From positions 4,064,001 to 4,128,000 of the forward strand of contig OZ253564.1 in the NCBI GenBank assembly GCA_965262915.1: DNA of 64,000 nucleotides, in the 5' to 3' direction. A model generated the notes under the pieces. The model was not told the origin of the DNA and searched no databases. It saw nothing but the letters and a program-made list of their open reading frames with translations. Source of the stretch: Candidatus Spongiisociaceae bacterium. GTDB lineage: Bacteria; Actinomycetota; Acidimicrobiia; Spongiisociales; Spongiisociaceae. Below, one piece after another: positions 1 to 9,657 of this stretch (position 1 is its first letter; every line of letters starts with the position of its first letter). The position numbers were made by a program, and so were the translations under genes.

Positions 1-297
1 TTCCAGGATCGGATCGCCGCGCTGGGCTACAGGTTCCAGTTCATCACCCTGGCAGGATGGCATCTTCTCAACTACCACACCTTCGATCTGGCCCGGTCCT
101 ACGACACGTCCGGGATGGCTGCCTACAGCCGGTTGCAGCAAACCGAGATCAACTCGGAGTCCCTCGGGTACACCGCGACCAAACACCAGGCAGAGGTAGG
201 CGCCGGGTATTTCGACGAGGTGGTACAGATCACAACAGGTGGCCGAGCCTCGACCCTGGCGCTGATCGGATCCACCGAGTCGAAGCAGTTCGACTGA
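1..297 (+). CDS. aceA: Isocitrate lyase, C-terminal part (gene starts upstream of window)
   Basis: Frame 1 reads FQDRIAALGYRFQFITLAGWH...GYTATKHQAEVGAGYFD...STLALIGSTESKQFD*, the characteristic isocitrate lyase C-terminus. Confidence 0.93.
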   Translation, partial: FQDRIAALGYRFQFITLAGWHLLNYHTFDLARSYDTSGMAAYSRLQQTEINSESLGYTATKHQAEVGAGYFDEVVQITTGGRASTLALIGSTESKQFD

Positions 298-308
298 CCC
301 GCCCGCTC

Positions 309-344
309 TTGACCTTCCGAGCCAGTGGACGTACAGTGGCCGTA
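309..344 (+). promoter_or_regulatory. Sigma70-type promoter and putative autoregulatory operator of the DUF1778/GNAT operon
   Basis: TTGACC (309-314), 17 nt, TACAGT (332-337); overlapping 11-bp tandem repeat CAGTGGACGTA/CAGTGGCCGTA (323-344); RBS GAGGAGG at 351-357. Confidence 0.6.
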
Positions 345-365
345 CACACCGAGGAGGTACTTAAC

Positions 366-653
366 ATGGCTACACGTACCGAACGGCGGCGTAGCCGGCG
401 TCTCGAGGTCCGTACAACGCCCGAGGAACGGGCGTTGATCGATCTTGCGGTTACCGCATCTGGTACAGACCTCACCAGTTTTGTGGTAAAGAACCTGACC
501 GTGGCTGCGCGGCGGGTACTGGCCGACCGGTCCGAGTTCACGTTGGGTCCGGACGCGCAGCGGGTCTGGGAGGAGATCAACCGGCGACCGGCCCGGAACC
601 TTCCTGAACTGAGGGAGTTCATGCAGCGACCATCGCCCTTCGTCAAGGGGTGA
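366..653 (+). CDS. DUF1778 (TacA/AtaR-type) RHH antitoxin
   Basis: MATRTERRRSRRLEVRTTPEERALIDLAVTASGTDLTSFV...ARRVLADRSEFTL; RBS upstream; GTGA overlap with downstream GNAT gene. Confidence 0.88.
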   Translation: MATRTERRRSRRLEVRTTPEERALIDLAVTASGTDLTSFVVKNLTVAARRVLADRSEFTLGPDAQRVWEEINRRPARNLPELREFMQRPSPFVKG

Positions 654-1168
654 CGAAACTATATCTCCCGCCGCGACTGCTGGAACCCCACCACGACATC
701 GACCAATTCCTGTGCCGATCCGACGAGCAGACCTGGTGGCTGCGCCATCACGCCCGCCAGGCCGGAACGATGGGCACCGCCAAGGTCCTCATTGTCACGC
801 GACCATGCAACGTGGAGGTCGTTGCGTATTACGCGTGGTGTATGGGCCGCATCAGGATCGCTGATGCGCCAAACCGACTGCGCACAGGAGCAGGTCGGTA
901 CCCGCAGCCCGTCGCTCTCCTGACCCGCCTCGGGGTTTCGATCCGCCACGAGCGCCGGGGGCTCGGCACAGGGCTATTGCAAGATGTGATCGGCCGTACT
1001 GCTCAACTCGGAACCGAGATCGGGTGCCGAGGACTCCTCGTGCATGCCGAGACCACCGAGGCCCGGGACTTCTACCTCCATCTCGTCCCAGCCTTCGAGC
1101 CATCGCCCACCGATCCCCTCCATCTTGTCCTACTCATGAAGGACCCCCATAAGGCACTCCGTTCTTGA
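650..1168 (+). CDS. GNAT acetyltransferase toxin (TacT/AtaT-type)
   Basis: PVALLTRLGVSIRHERRGLGTGLL (acetyl-CoA binding motif), LLVHAETTEARDFY, FEPSPTDPLHL; coupled to DUF1778 gene. Confidence 0.88.
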   Translation: MTKLYLPPRLLEPHHDIDQFLCRSDEQTWWLRHHARQAGTMGTAKVLIVTRPCNVEVVAYYAWCMGRIRIADAPNRLRTGAGRYPQPVALLTRLGVSIRHERRGLGTGLLQDVIGRTAQLGTEIGCRGLLVHAETTEARDFYLHLVPAFEPSPTDPLHLVLLMKDPHKALRS

Positions 1169-1183
1169 GGCGGCCTTCCGGAG

Positions 1184-2446
1184 TCAGGGCGAGAAGCGGT
1201 ACACGACGGGTAGCTCTCCGGGTTCCGTGACAGCGGAATCGGTGTGGTGGGATATGTGTACGCGCCCCGTTCCACAGTCGCCGAAGTCGTCACAGGAAAT
1301 GGTGCCCACGATGCCGCTGAAACCGCTGGTGGCGGTCATCGCTGACCGGAGTCCGGCCCGGTCGATGAAGAGCGTGTCTCCGTCGGCTACCGCAACCTCC
1401 TCGATGGCCCGCAGGAGAACGGTGGTCGCGTCGTAGGCGTGCGCCAGGTAAGCGGATGTGGGCTCCTCGCTGTACAAGGCTCGATACTCCGCGATGAGTT
1501 CGCCGCCGCTCCTGCCGGTTGCCTGGTTGGCGTTTCCACCGAACCCCGACTCCGGACCCGGCAGGTAAATCCCCTCCGACTCCGGAACCGAGAGGAACTC
1601 GGAGACCAGCAGCGCCGCGCCGCCTATCAGGGTCACGCCCCCGAGTCCGGCAATCTGACCGATCTGGCGGACCATGTGCATACCTTCGTCCTGGAAGAGC
1701 GGGAAGAACAGCCCGTCGGGGCTTCCGGCGGAAATCCGAGTGAGGACGGGAACCATGTACGTGTCTCCCCTGCTGACGGAGGTGATGGCAACCGAACCAC
1801 CGTACTCCTCGAAGGCGGTTGCGAAAGCCCCGGTGAGCCCGGTCGTGTAGGGGTCACCGTCATGGACAGCGGCCATCGACCTCAGCCGGAGTTCGTTGTA
1901 GGCGAACTCAGCCACCGCCCGGGCCTGATGGAGGTCGTTGGTGGACAGCCTGTAGAAGCCGGCGTAGTAGTTGGAACCGGCGGTGCCCCGGAGGTCGGAG
2001 GTCAGCGAGGGAGAGGTTGTGGTGGGTGAGACCATGACGAGGCCGGCCTCGCTGAGGAGCGGTGAGGCGGCAGCCGCTGCGACAGAGCAGGACGTACCGA
2101 CAACCGCCACCACGCGGGGGTCCCCGATCACCGCTTCGGCAGCTGCCCGGCCGCCCTCCGCCGAGCAGAGGGAGTCGAGGCCGGCGCCCATCGAGACATC
2201 GTGTCCCTCGATGGGGCCGTAGTCGGCTATCGCCAGAGCGACACCACGCTGGCTGGGAACACCCAGGTCACCCAACCCGGTCAGCACGGCCAGCGAGCGT
2301 ATCTGGATATCGTCGCCGGGACCGACCTCGACGGCTCCGAGCGGACCCGGTTGGAAATCCGGTGAAGCGCAGGAGAAGCCCGCCAGCACTACCATGCATA
2401 GCAGCCCGAGCCGGAGAGACTTCCCAGGACGGGATCGGAAGTCCAT
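1184..2446 (-). CDS. Branched-chain amino acid ABC transporter substrate-binding lipoprotein (LivK-like), no adjacent permease
   Basis: Lipobox LAGFSC; VVGTSCS, VMVSPTTTSPSLT, HDGDPY, AHAYDA, FSGIVGTISCDDFGD motifs of Peripla_BP_6 type proteins. Confidence 0.85.
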   Translation of the reverse strand: MDFRSRPGKSLRLGLLCMVVLAGFSCASPDFQPGPLGAVEVGPGDDIQIRSLAVLTGLGDLGVPSQRGVALAIADYGPIEGHDVSMGAGLDSLCSAEGGRAAAEAVIGDPRVVAVVGTSCSVAAAAASPLLSEAGLVMVSPTTTSPSLTSDLRGTAGSNYYAGFYRLSTNDLHQARAVAEFAYNELRLRSMAAVHDGDPYTTGLTGAFATAFEEYGGSVAITSVSRGDTYMVPVLTRISAGSPDGLFFPLFQDEGMHMVRQIGQIAGLGGVTLIGGAALLVSEFLSVPESEGIYLPGPESGFGGNANQATGRSGGELIAEYRALYSEEPTSAYLAHAYDATTVLLRAIEEVAVADGDTLFIDRAGLRSAMTATSGFSGIVGTISCDDFGDCGTGRVHISHHTDSAVTEPGELPVVYRFSP

Positions 2447-2748
2447 TTGCCCTAGCCCTCCTATTCCTCACCTCACGACCACCCGGATCGGCACGGGTCA
2501 TCTCCGGCGCGGACCCTAGCGGATCTCGCGTGCGCAGGGAACGGCCATGGCTGATGGCGCGCTGAACTTTCGGGCCGCGGCCGGGCGGGGCGGAGAGCCC
2601 GTGGAAAGCGTCCGTACGACCCGCCAGACCGGAACCTGCTCGCTCGGTCACGTTCCCAATCCGGTTGACCGCTCATTCGTACTCCTTCCTGAGGTTGTCC
2701 GTTGGTGATCTCCCGTATGAGATGTATGCTCGCTCGGTAGGAAACTAT

Positions 2749-3642
2749 ATGAAACCGCCACCGTTCAGATATGCGCGTCCGGAGACCCTCGACAAGGTCC
2801 TCCACCTCCTAGAGGAATATGACGGCGGGGCCAGGGTGCTGGCAGGTGGCCAGAGCCTGATACCGATCCTGAACTTCCGTTTGGCCCGGCCGGAGGTCCT
2901 GGTCGATATCGCGCTGGTGAGAACTGCGGCACATCAGGGTCAAGGATGGGATGCTCCGCATCGGTGCCGCGGTTACTCAGAACACGGTTGAGCGCTCCGC
3001 CGAGGTGGCCCGTGTCTGCCCTCTGCTGGGCAACTGCGGCCGCTACCGGTTCAGAACACGTGGCGCTCCGCCATCTGGGCAGGCCGACCGTTCGTGGGGC
3101 ACCGGGTTCGAGGAACGGTCGTGGGAAGCATCGCGCATGCCGACCCGGCTGCGGAACTTCCGGCCGTTGCCCTCGCCCTGGATGCGACCATGGTGGTGCG
3201 ATCCGCCACCGCCGAGAGGGCTATCCCGGCGAGCCGGTTCTTTCTCGGACCGTTCACCACAGCTCTGCAACCTGGCGAGATCCTGGTGGAGGTGCGGTTC
3301 CCGACTTCGAGAAAGACCCGGGCCGCGGTCACCGAGGTCGCCCCACGGTCCGGCGACTTCGCCATTGCGGGCGTTGCCGGGAAGCTTCGCACCGCCCGAG
3401 GCGGGAAGGTACGAGAGATCGGCTTGGCACTGTTCGGCTTGGGGGGAGTCCCCCAGCGCCTCCACGAGGTGGAAGCCCGGCTCCTGGGACAGCGACTCAC
3501 CACACACCGGCTCGACGAGATGGCGCACCTGACGATGCGGACAGCCGATGCGGACTCCCATGATGTCCACGCCGACGCCGGCTACCGGGCTCGGGTAGCC
3601 GGCGAGCTCGTGCGTCGCGCCGTCGCGGAGATGGCGCGGTGA
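2749..3642 (+). pseudogene. FAD-binding medium subunit (CoxM/XdhB-like) of a molybdenum hydroxylase, broken by frameshifts and a garbled internal duplication
   Basis: MKPPPFRYARP...VLAGGQSLIPILNFRLARPEVLVDI in one frame, MLRIGAAVTQ..VERS in a second, RGTVVGSIAHADPAAELP...RSGDFA...DVHADAGYR in a third; may be an assembly error. Confidence 0.8.
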
Positions 3643-4127
3643 GACCCGTACCGGAGCCGTCCGACCGGCTGGCGGTCTCGATGTCCGTGAACAGGCGTCT
3701 CACGGAGCGAACGGTGGATGCCCGGAAGCTGCTGGCGGATTTCCTGCGGGAGGACCTCGGCCTCACGGGGACCCATATCGGTTGCGAGCATGGCGCATGC
3801 GGCGCTTGCACCGTGCTGGTGGGCAGCCAACCCGTCCGGTCGTGCATCATGCTGGCGGTCCAGGCGGACGGGTGCGAGGTGACAACGGTCGAGGGCATTA
3901 CCCCCGATAACGGCCTCAACCCCATGCAGCAGGCCTTCAAGGACCACCACGGCCTCCAATGCGGCTTCTGCACACCCGGCTTCCTGATGACCCTTTCAGG
4001 CGTCGAACCCGATGACTATCCCGATGAGGGCAGTATCCGCGAGTTGCTGGCCGGGAACCTGTGCCGCTGTACGGGGTACGAGGGCATCGTCGACGCCGTG
4101 ATGGCTGCCTGGGACCGCGAACGATGA
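3639..4127 (+). CDS. [2Fe-2S] small subunit (CoxS-like) of molybdenum hydroxylase
   Basis: GCEHGACGACTVL, RSC, QCGFCTPG, GNLCRCTGY. Confidence 0.93.
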   Translation: MRPVPEPSDRLAVSMSVNRRLTERTVDARKLLADFLREDLGLTGTHIGCEHGACGACTVLVGSQPVRSCIMLAVQADGCEVTTVEGITPDNGLNPMQQAFKDHHGLQCGFCTPGFLMTLSGVEPDDYPDEGSIRELLAGNLCRCTGYEGIVDAVMAAWDRER

Positions 4128-6496
4128 CCACCCGCCCCACCTATATCGGTGCCCAAGTGGCGAGGGTCGAGGACGACCGTCTGCTCTCAGGAGCGGGCCG
4201 CTTCGTTGCCGACGTGTCGCTGCCCGGGATGCTGGACGCGTCCTTCTACCGGAGTCCACTTCCCCACGCCCTCATCGAAGGGGTGGACGCCACCGACGTG
4301 ATGGGTATTCCGGGCGTGGAAGGGGTCTTCACCGCGGCGGACATGACCGAGGTTGCACCCTTCCCGGACTTCGACAAGCACGCCCGGCCCGTGCGCATGT
4401 TCGCGATGGCTCGGGACAAGGTGCGGTACGTCGGGGCGCCTATCGCGGTGGTGGTCGCGCCGGACCGGTACGAGGCGGAGGACGCCCGGGACCTTCTGGT
4501 CGTCGACCTCGAACCGCTCGACCCCGTCGCCTCCGTGGACGATGCCCTGGCCGCAGGAGCCCCCCTCCTCTATCCGGAGTGGCCGGACAACGTCGTCATC
4601 GACTTCCCGGTAGCCAACCCGGAAGCGATAGCCGAGTTCGACGGGAGAATGACGGTCTCGGGTCGCTACGAAGTGGGGCGTCACGCCGGCGTACCAATGG
4701 AGACGAGGGGGGTGGTGGCCGAGTTCCGGGAAGGGCGCCTGACGGTTTGGACCTCCACCCAGTTCCCTCACATCGCCCGGACGATGCTGTCGTACTGCCT
4801 GCCGCTGGACGAGATGGACATCCGGGTGATCGTGCCCGATGTCGGAGGAGGTTTCGGCGTCAAGGCCGAGTTCTATGTGGAAGAGGTAACGATCGCCTGG
4901 CTCGCCATGAAGCTCGGACGGCCGGTCCGGTGGATCGAGGACCGGCGGGAGCACCTGGTCGCGGCGTGCCACGCCCGTGACCTGGTTCTCGACCTCGAGG
5001 CCGCTGTGGATGACCAGGGTCGCTTCCACGCAGTACGGGGGATGGCCATCCAGGATCTCGGAGCGGCCGAGATGTACCCCTACGGTTTCTCGCCCGCCTT
5101 CACCGCCATCGGCCACATCACCGGCCCGTACCGCATCCCCCACCAATCGGTGGGCCTTCTGGTCGTAGCCACCAACAAGACTCCGTGCGGCGCATACCGT
5201 GGTTTCGGGATCCCGGAGGCGACCTTCGCCATCGAGCGTCTCATGGACAAGGCAGCCGGGCGACTCGGTCTCGACCGCGACGAGATCCGGCGCCGCAACC
5301 TGATCGGGCAGGAGGACATCCCGTACACGACCTCGGCAGGCGCCGTGGTCGACTCGGGAAGCCATCGTGAAGCCTTCGAGGAAACCGTCCGTCTCACCTC
5401 CGAGAGGCTGGAACGCTGGCGGGAGAAGCTGGGCGACGATCCTCGTGTAAGGGTGGGATCGGGCGTGATCAACTACATAGAGGGGGTGACCCCCACCTAT
5501 TTCATGACCTCGGGTCACTGGACCGGTTTCGACTCGTGCACGATACGGATCAACCCCGACGGGACGGTGGTCGTGGCGGTGGGCGTCTCCACGTCGGGCC
5601 AGGGCTTGGAGTCCATGCTGACCACCCTCGCCGCCGAGGCTCTGGGCGTCCGGCCCGATCAGGTGCGCGTCGTGATGGGCGACACCGACCGGACCCCGTA
5701 CGGGCTGGGAAGCTGGGGCAGCAGAAGCACCAATGTCGCTTCGGGCGCCCTTCGGATCGCTTCCGGCCTGCTCCTGGACAAGGCGATCCTGATAGCAGCC
5801 CACCTCATGGAAGCGTCCCCCGAGGATATCGAAGCCTACGGAGGTTCGTTCACGGTGAGGGGCAGTCCCGGACCGTCGGTCACTTGGCAACAGGTGGCGA
5901 CCGCGGCCAACATCAGGACCCTCGACCTGCCCGAGGGCGTCGATCCGGGCCTGGAGGCGACCGCCACCTACGACCCGCCGGGAATCGAACACATACCGGA
6001 CGAGTACGGGCGGGTCAACGCAGCCGCCACCTACACCAACGCCTCCCACGCAGCCATCGTGTCAGTAGATATAGGGACCGGTCAGGTGCGAGTCCTCGAC
6101 TACATAGTTGCTCACGACTGCGGCACGGTGATCAACCCCCAGATCGTCAGGGGACAGGTGGTCGGCGGGATCGCCCAGGGAATAGGAGGAGCACTCCTGG
6201 AGAAACTCCACTACGACGAATGGGCGAATCCCCTGTCAACCTCGTTTCTCGACTACCACCTTCCCACCACCACGGAGATCCCGAACATGGTGGTCCGGCA
6301 TTTCGAGTCGCCGGCGCCGGAGATGCCTTGGGGCGCGAAGGGGGCCGGCGAGGCCGGGATCATCGGTCCGGCCCCGGCCATCGCGGCCGCCGTCGAGGAA
6401 GCGATGGGAGGTTCCTCCGCCATGGCTGAGATCACCCGCACGCCGATCACCGCGCCCTACGTGTTGAGCCTGATTCCCGCCCCTCACCAGCCGTAG
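4124..6496 (+). CDS. Molybdopterin-binding large subunit, xanthine dehydrogenase/CoxL family (not CO dehydrogenase)
   Basis: RVEDDRLLSGAGRFVADV, VGGGFGVK, AYRGFG, DCGTVINP..VRGQVVGG, GAKGAGEAG; lacks the AYxCSFR CODH motif. Confidence 0.92.
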   Translation: MTTRPTYIGAQVARVEDDRLLSGAGRFVADVSLPGMLDASFYRSPLPHALIEGVDATDVMGIPGVEGVFTAADMTEVAPFPDFDKHARPVRMFAMARDKVRYVGAPIAVVVAPDRYEAEDARDLLVVDLEPLDPVASVDDALAAGAPLLYPEWPDNVVIDFPVANPEAIAEFDGRMTVSGRYEVGRHAGVPMETRGVVAEFREGRLTVWTSTQFPHIARTMLSYCLPLDEMDIRVIVPDVGGGFGVKAEFYVEEVTIAWLAMKLGRPVRWIEDRREHLVAACHARDLVLDLEAAVDDQGRFHAVRGMAIQDLGAAEMYPYGFSPAFTAIGHITGPYRIPHQSVGLLVVATNKTPCGAYRGFGIPEATFAIERLMDKAAGRLGLDRDEIRRRNLIGQEDIPYTTSAGAVVDSGSHREAFEETVRLTSERLERWREKLGDDPRVRVGSGVINYIEGVTPTYFMTSGHWTGFDSCTIRINPDGTVVVAVGVSTSGQGLESMLTTLAAEALGVRPDQVRVVMGDTDRTPYGLGSWGSRSTNVASGALRIASGLLLDKAILIAAHLMEASPEDIEAYGGSFTVRGSPGPSVTWQQVATAANIRTLDLPEGVDPGLEATATYDPPGIEHIPDEYGRVNAAATYTNASHAAIVSVDIGTGQVRVLDYIVAHDCGTVINPQIVRGQVVGGIAQGIGGALLEKLHYDEWANPLSTSFLDYHLPTTTEIPNMVVRHFESPAPEMPWGAKGAGEAGIIGPAPAIAAAVEEAMGGSSAMAEITRTPITAPYVLSLIPAPHQP

Positions 6497-6524
6497 GTGT
6501 GTGCGCCCGACTACTCGGGACCGG

Positions 6525-6779
6525 ATGAGTCGCCCCATTGACCCGAGGCCGTCGAGGCCGGGGGGGCGGCTCCGCGCGGTATCGGTGGTCGTCTCGGTGG
6601 TTGCCGGGCTCGTCACCACCACCGGCGCCGGTACCGCCCGTGGCAGCCCCCACGACGCGGCCCTGTCGGCTCTGGAGGCCGAGGGCGTTCTCGAGAACAC
6701 CCGTTGCTACGACGGGTCCAACTGTCCTGACCAGCCCATTCCGCGCTGGGTGATGGCGGTGTGGCTATCCGCCGGGTAG
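6525..6779 (+). pseudogene. Truncated secreted protein: signal peptide plus one SLH-like repeat
   Basis: Hydrophobic signal VSVVVSVVAGLV, then HDAALSALEAEGVLENTRC...CPDQPIPRWVMAVWL, the Cys-containing SLH-like motif; stops immediately afterwards. Confidence 0.55.
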
Positions 6780-6820
6780 AGGACACCGGTCGGGAACGAA
6801 GGACAGCTAGCATCCGTCCG

Positions 6821-7327
6821 ATGACCGAACTCAGCGCACAGGACGAACACCTTCTCCGGCGGGCCATCGAACTCTCCGCCAGTGCAGCAGCCAAGGGCAA
6901 CATGGCTTTCGGCGCCCTGCTCGCCAACCCTGCCGGCAACGTGCTTCTCGAAGCGGAGAACACGACCTTCACCGAGAACAACGCCCTTCGACACGCCGAG
7001 ACCAACCTCATCGAGAGGGCGGTCACCACCCTCATGCCAGAACAGATCGCGACCGCCACCCTCTACACCAGTTGCGAACCGTGCGCCATGTGCAGCGGCG
7101 CAATGTACTGGGGCGGGCTCACCCGGATGGTCTACGCGATGTCCGAACACGACCTCCTGGACATCACCGGGACCAACGAGCACTGCCCGACCATGCGAGG
7201 GGTCGGATGCAGGAACATCCTCGAAACCGGCCAGCGGCACATCGAGGTAAGCGGACCGCATCTGGTCGGCGAAGCGTGCGCCGTCCAACACGTCTACTTC
7301 GGCACACAACCCGCGGACGGGCGGTAG
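6821..7327 (+). CDS. Cytidine/guanine deaminase (CDA superfamily) nucleobase/nucleoside deaminase, single domain
   Basis: AFGALL, HAE and TSCEPCAMC zinc motif; TAGCAT -10 seven nt before ATG (leaderless). Confidence 0.88.
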   Translation: MTELSAQDEHLLRRAIELSASAAAKGNMAFGALLANPAGNVLLEAENTTFTENNALRHAETNLIERAVTTLMPEQIATATLYTSCEPCAMCSGAMYWGGLTRMVYAMSEHDLLDITGTNEHCPTMRGVGCRNILETGQRHIEVSGPHLVGEACAVQHVYFGTQPADGR

Positions 7328-7472
7328 TAGGCGAGACCTGACAGATCCCTCACTCGCCGTAGCCCGTTGCACCACACCCGGCTCAAGGCGACCGGCAGAC
7401 CTGACGATGCAACCGGGCGTTCGATCGGATACCCTGACCCGGCCGCAGGGCACGATGGCTAGCATCCGTCCG

Positions 7473-8465
7473 ATGACCGAACTCAGCGCACAGGACTCGC
7501 TCCTCCTCCAACGAGCCATCGAGGTTTCCGCCAGGTCGGTGGCCCATGGGAATATGCCTTTCGGTGCGCTTATGGCCGATCCTGACGGCAACATCCTCCT
7601 GGTGGCGGAGAACACCGGTATCACCGGGCGCAACACCCTCAACCACGCCGAGACCATCCTCATGAACATGGCGGTGACCACCCTGACTCCCGAGCAGATC
7701 GCCACCGCCACCCTCTACACCAGCTGCGAACCCTGCGCCATGTGCAGCGGCGCAATGTACTGGGGCGGGCTCACCCGGATGGTCTACGGCATGAGCGAAC
7801 TGGACCTGCTGGAGATCACCGGCGCCGATCCCCGTACCGCAACGATGCGAGGAGTGGGCTGCCGCAACATCCTCAACAGCGGACAGCGCCAAATCGAAGT
7901 GAGCGGACCCCACCTGGTCGAGGAAGCCTCGGCGGTGCATGTCGACTTCTATGCTGCCGGGCCCCCGGCGAGTATGACGAGCGAACTGAGCGAACAGGAC
8001 CAACGACTGCTGCGGCGGGCCATCGAGGTGGCCACCAGATCGGTTGCCAACGGGAACCTTCCCTTCGGCGGGTTGCTGGCCGACCCCGAAGGCAACGTCC
8101 TGCTGGAGGCGGAGAACTCCGACATCACCGGCAAGAGCCCCCTGAACCACGCCGAGACCAACCTGATGAGAATGGCCGTGGAAACCCTCACGCGTGAGCA
8201 GATCGCCACCGCCACCCTCTACACCAGTTGCGAGCCGTGCGCCATGTGCAGCGGCGCCATGTACTGGGGCGGGCTCAACCGGATGGTCTACGGCATGAGC
8301 GAACACGGTCTGAAGGAGTTCACCGGCGCCAACCCGCTCAACCCGACCATGCGGGGAGTCGGATGCCGCAATATCCTGCAGAGCGGCCAGCGCCACATCG
8401 AGGTGAGCGGACCCCACCTCATCGAGGAAGCTTCGGTGGTGCATCGGGACTTCTGGACCAACTGA
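7473..8465 (+). CDS. CDA-superfamily deaminase with two tandem domains (second domain from ATG 7974)
   Basis: Two complete PFG...HAE...TSCEPCAMC domains in one frame, each closely similar to 6821-7327. Confidence 0.88.
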   Translation: MTELSAQDSLLLQRAIEVSARSVAHGNMPFGALMADPDGNILLVAENTGITGRNTLNHAETILMNMAVTTLTPEQIATATLYTSCEPCAMCSGAMYWGGLTRMVYGMSELDLLEITGADPRTATMRGVGCRNILNSGQRQIEVSGPHLVEEASAVHVDFYAAGPPASMTSELSEQDQRLLRRAIEVATRSVANGNLPFGGLLADPEGNVLLEAENSDITGKSPLNHAETNLMRMAVETLTREQIATATLYTSCEPCAMCSGAMYWGGLNRMVYGMSEHGLKEFTGANPLNPTMRGVGCRNILQSGQRHIEVSGPHLIEEASVVHRDFWTN

Positions 8466-8555
8466 CCCATAGCGGTCTTGACAAGGTCTGATGCGGAACC
8501 GAACGAGCGGGCCCGGTCAGTGGGCATGCGGTGCTGACTTGCCTTAATAGTGACG

Positions 8556-8585
8556 CTTGCGCAAATGCGCAAGTAGTGGTATAAC
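8556..8585 (+). promoter_or_regulatory. Leaderless promoter with palindromic operator for the AbiE-like operon
   Basis: CTTGCGCA-AA-TGCGCAAG (8556-8573) over -35 TTGCGC (8557-8562); 17 nt; TATAAC (8580-8585); ATG 7 nt later. Confidence 0.65.
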
Positions 8586-8592
8586 AGCAATC

Positions 8593-9657
8593 ATGCAAAT
8601 CCCTCGCGAACCCATAGCAATTCAGGAAGCTGCCGCACGCCTCGTCGAAATCTTTGCTGTACCCGACCTATCTGAGGATACGAGGTCTGGGGCTCGCACC
8701 GATGACGGTCGCGTGTGGGATGCCGTTTTCGCCATCCGAGGCCACTCCTTTGTATTGGAATGGAAAAGGTCAGGCTCTCTTGGCCCAGTGGCTAGCGCAA
8801 TCCGCCAGTTGAGGATGGCCCAAGGCAGCTTTCCGCACCCGGTGATCCCACTTCTGGCAGTCCCATACATGGGAAAGGCCGCGCAAGAGCGCTGCGCGCA
8901 GGCCGAACTTCCGTGGCTCGATCTCTCAGGAAATGCCAGAATCGTTGTTCCTGGCATCTTCTACCAAAACCTGGGGAATCCCAACCGGTTTCGCAGGCCC
9001 GGACGGCCCGAGAGCGCTTTCGGACCAAAGGGTTCTCGCATAGCAAGGTTGTTGCTCACGGAACCCTCCAGAGCCATGATGCAGCGCGCCATAGCCTCGG
9101 GCACCGGAGTAGACGAAGGACACACGAGCCGGGTCGTAGGCAAGCTCTTGGAAGCTGACTTGGTCGAGCGAGGAGAGGATGGCATCAGCGTCACAGACCC
9201 CGGGACGCTGCTCGACGCTTGGCGGGAAGTGTACAGATTTGACCGGCATCATGTGATCCGCGGCCACATCTCATCTCGAGGAGGTGACTCTCTGACCCAT
9301 ATCATCGCCGATACCTTGTCCAAGGCCGACGTGCGGTATGCAGCGACGGCCCTCCCCGCAGCATGGTTGTGGACGCGTTATGCACGATTCCGTCTCTCAA
9401 CCGTGTACCTACCAACTCCCCCTTCGAAAGGCATTCAGAAGGACCTCGGGTTTCGAGAAGAACCTCGAGGAGCAAACACCTGGCTGGTCGTGCCCAACGA
9501 CGAAGGCGTCTTCCACGGAGCGGAGTTGGTCGACGGCATACGTTGCGTCCATCCGGTGCAGGCCTATCTCGACCTGAAGGACCATCCCGAAAGATCGACG
9601 GAAGCCGCTGCAGAACTCCGAAGCCGGGTCCTCTTCCGGAGCGACGATGATCTCTAA
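8593..9657 (+). CDS. Type IV TA / AbiEi-like antitoxin (AbiEi_2/DUF2186-like, winged helix)
   Basis: WLDLSGNARI, wHTH QRAIASGTGVDEGHTSRVVGKL, LLDAW, C-terminal HPVQAYLDL...ERSTEAAAEL; overlaps downstream NTase gene. Confidence 0.75.
   Translation: MQIPREPIAIQEAAARLVEIFAVPDLSEDTRSGARTDDGRVWDAVFAIRGHSFVLEWKRSGSLGPVASAIRQLRMAQGSFPHPVIPLLAVPYMGKAAQERCAQAELPWLDLSGNARIVVPGIFYQNLGNPNRFRRPGRPESAFGPKGSRIARLLLTEPSRAMMQRAIASGTGVDEGHTSRVVGKLLEADLVERGEDGISVTDPGTLLDAWREVYRFDRHHVIRGHISSRGGDSLTHIIADTLSKADVRYAATALPAAWLWTRYARFRLSTVYLPTPPSKGIQKDLGFREEPRGANTWLVVPNDEGVFHGAELVDGIRCVHPVQAYLDLKDHPERSTEAAAELRSRVLFRSDDDL

Noticed and set aside
6821-8465. tRNA adenosine deaminase TadA
   Set aside because: Lacks TadA EVPVGA and TLEPC...DPK features; three copies and the C-terminal GP.L..EA..VH motif fit nucleobase deaminases
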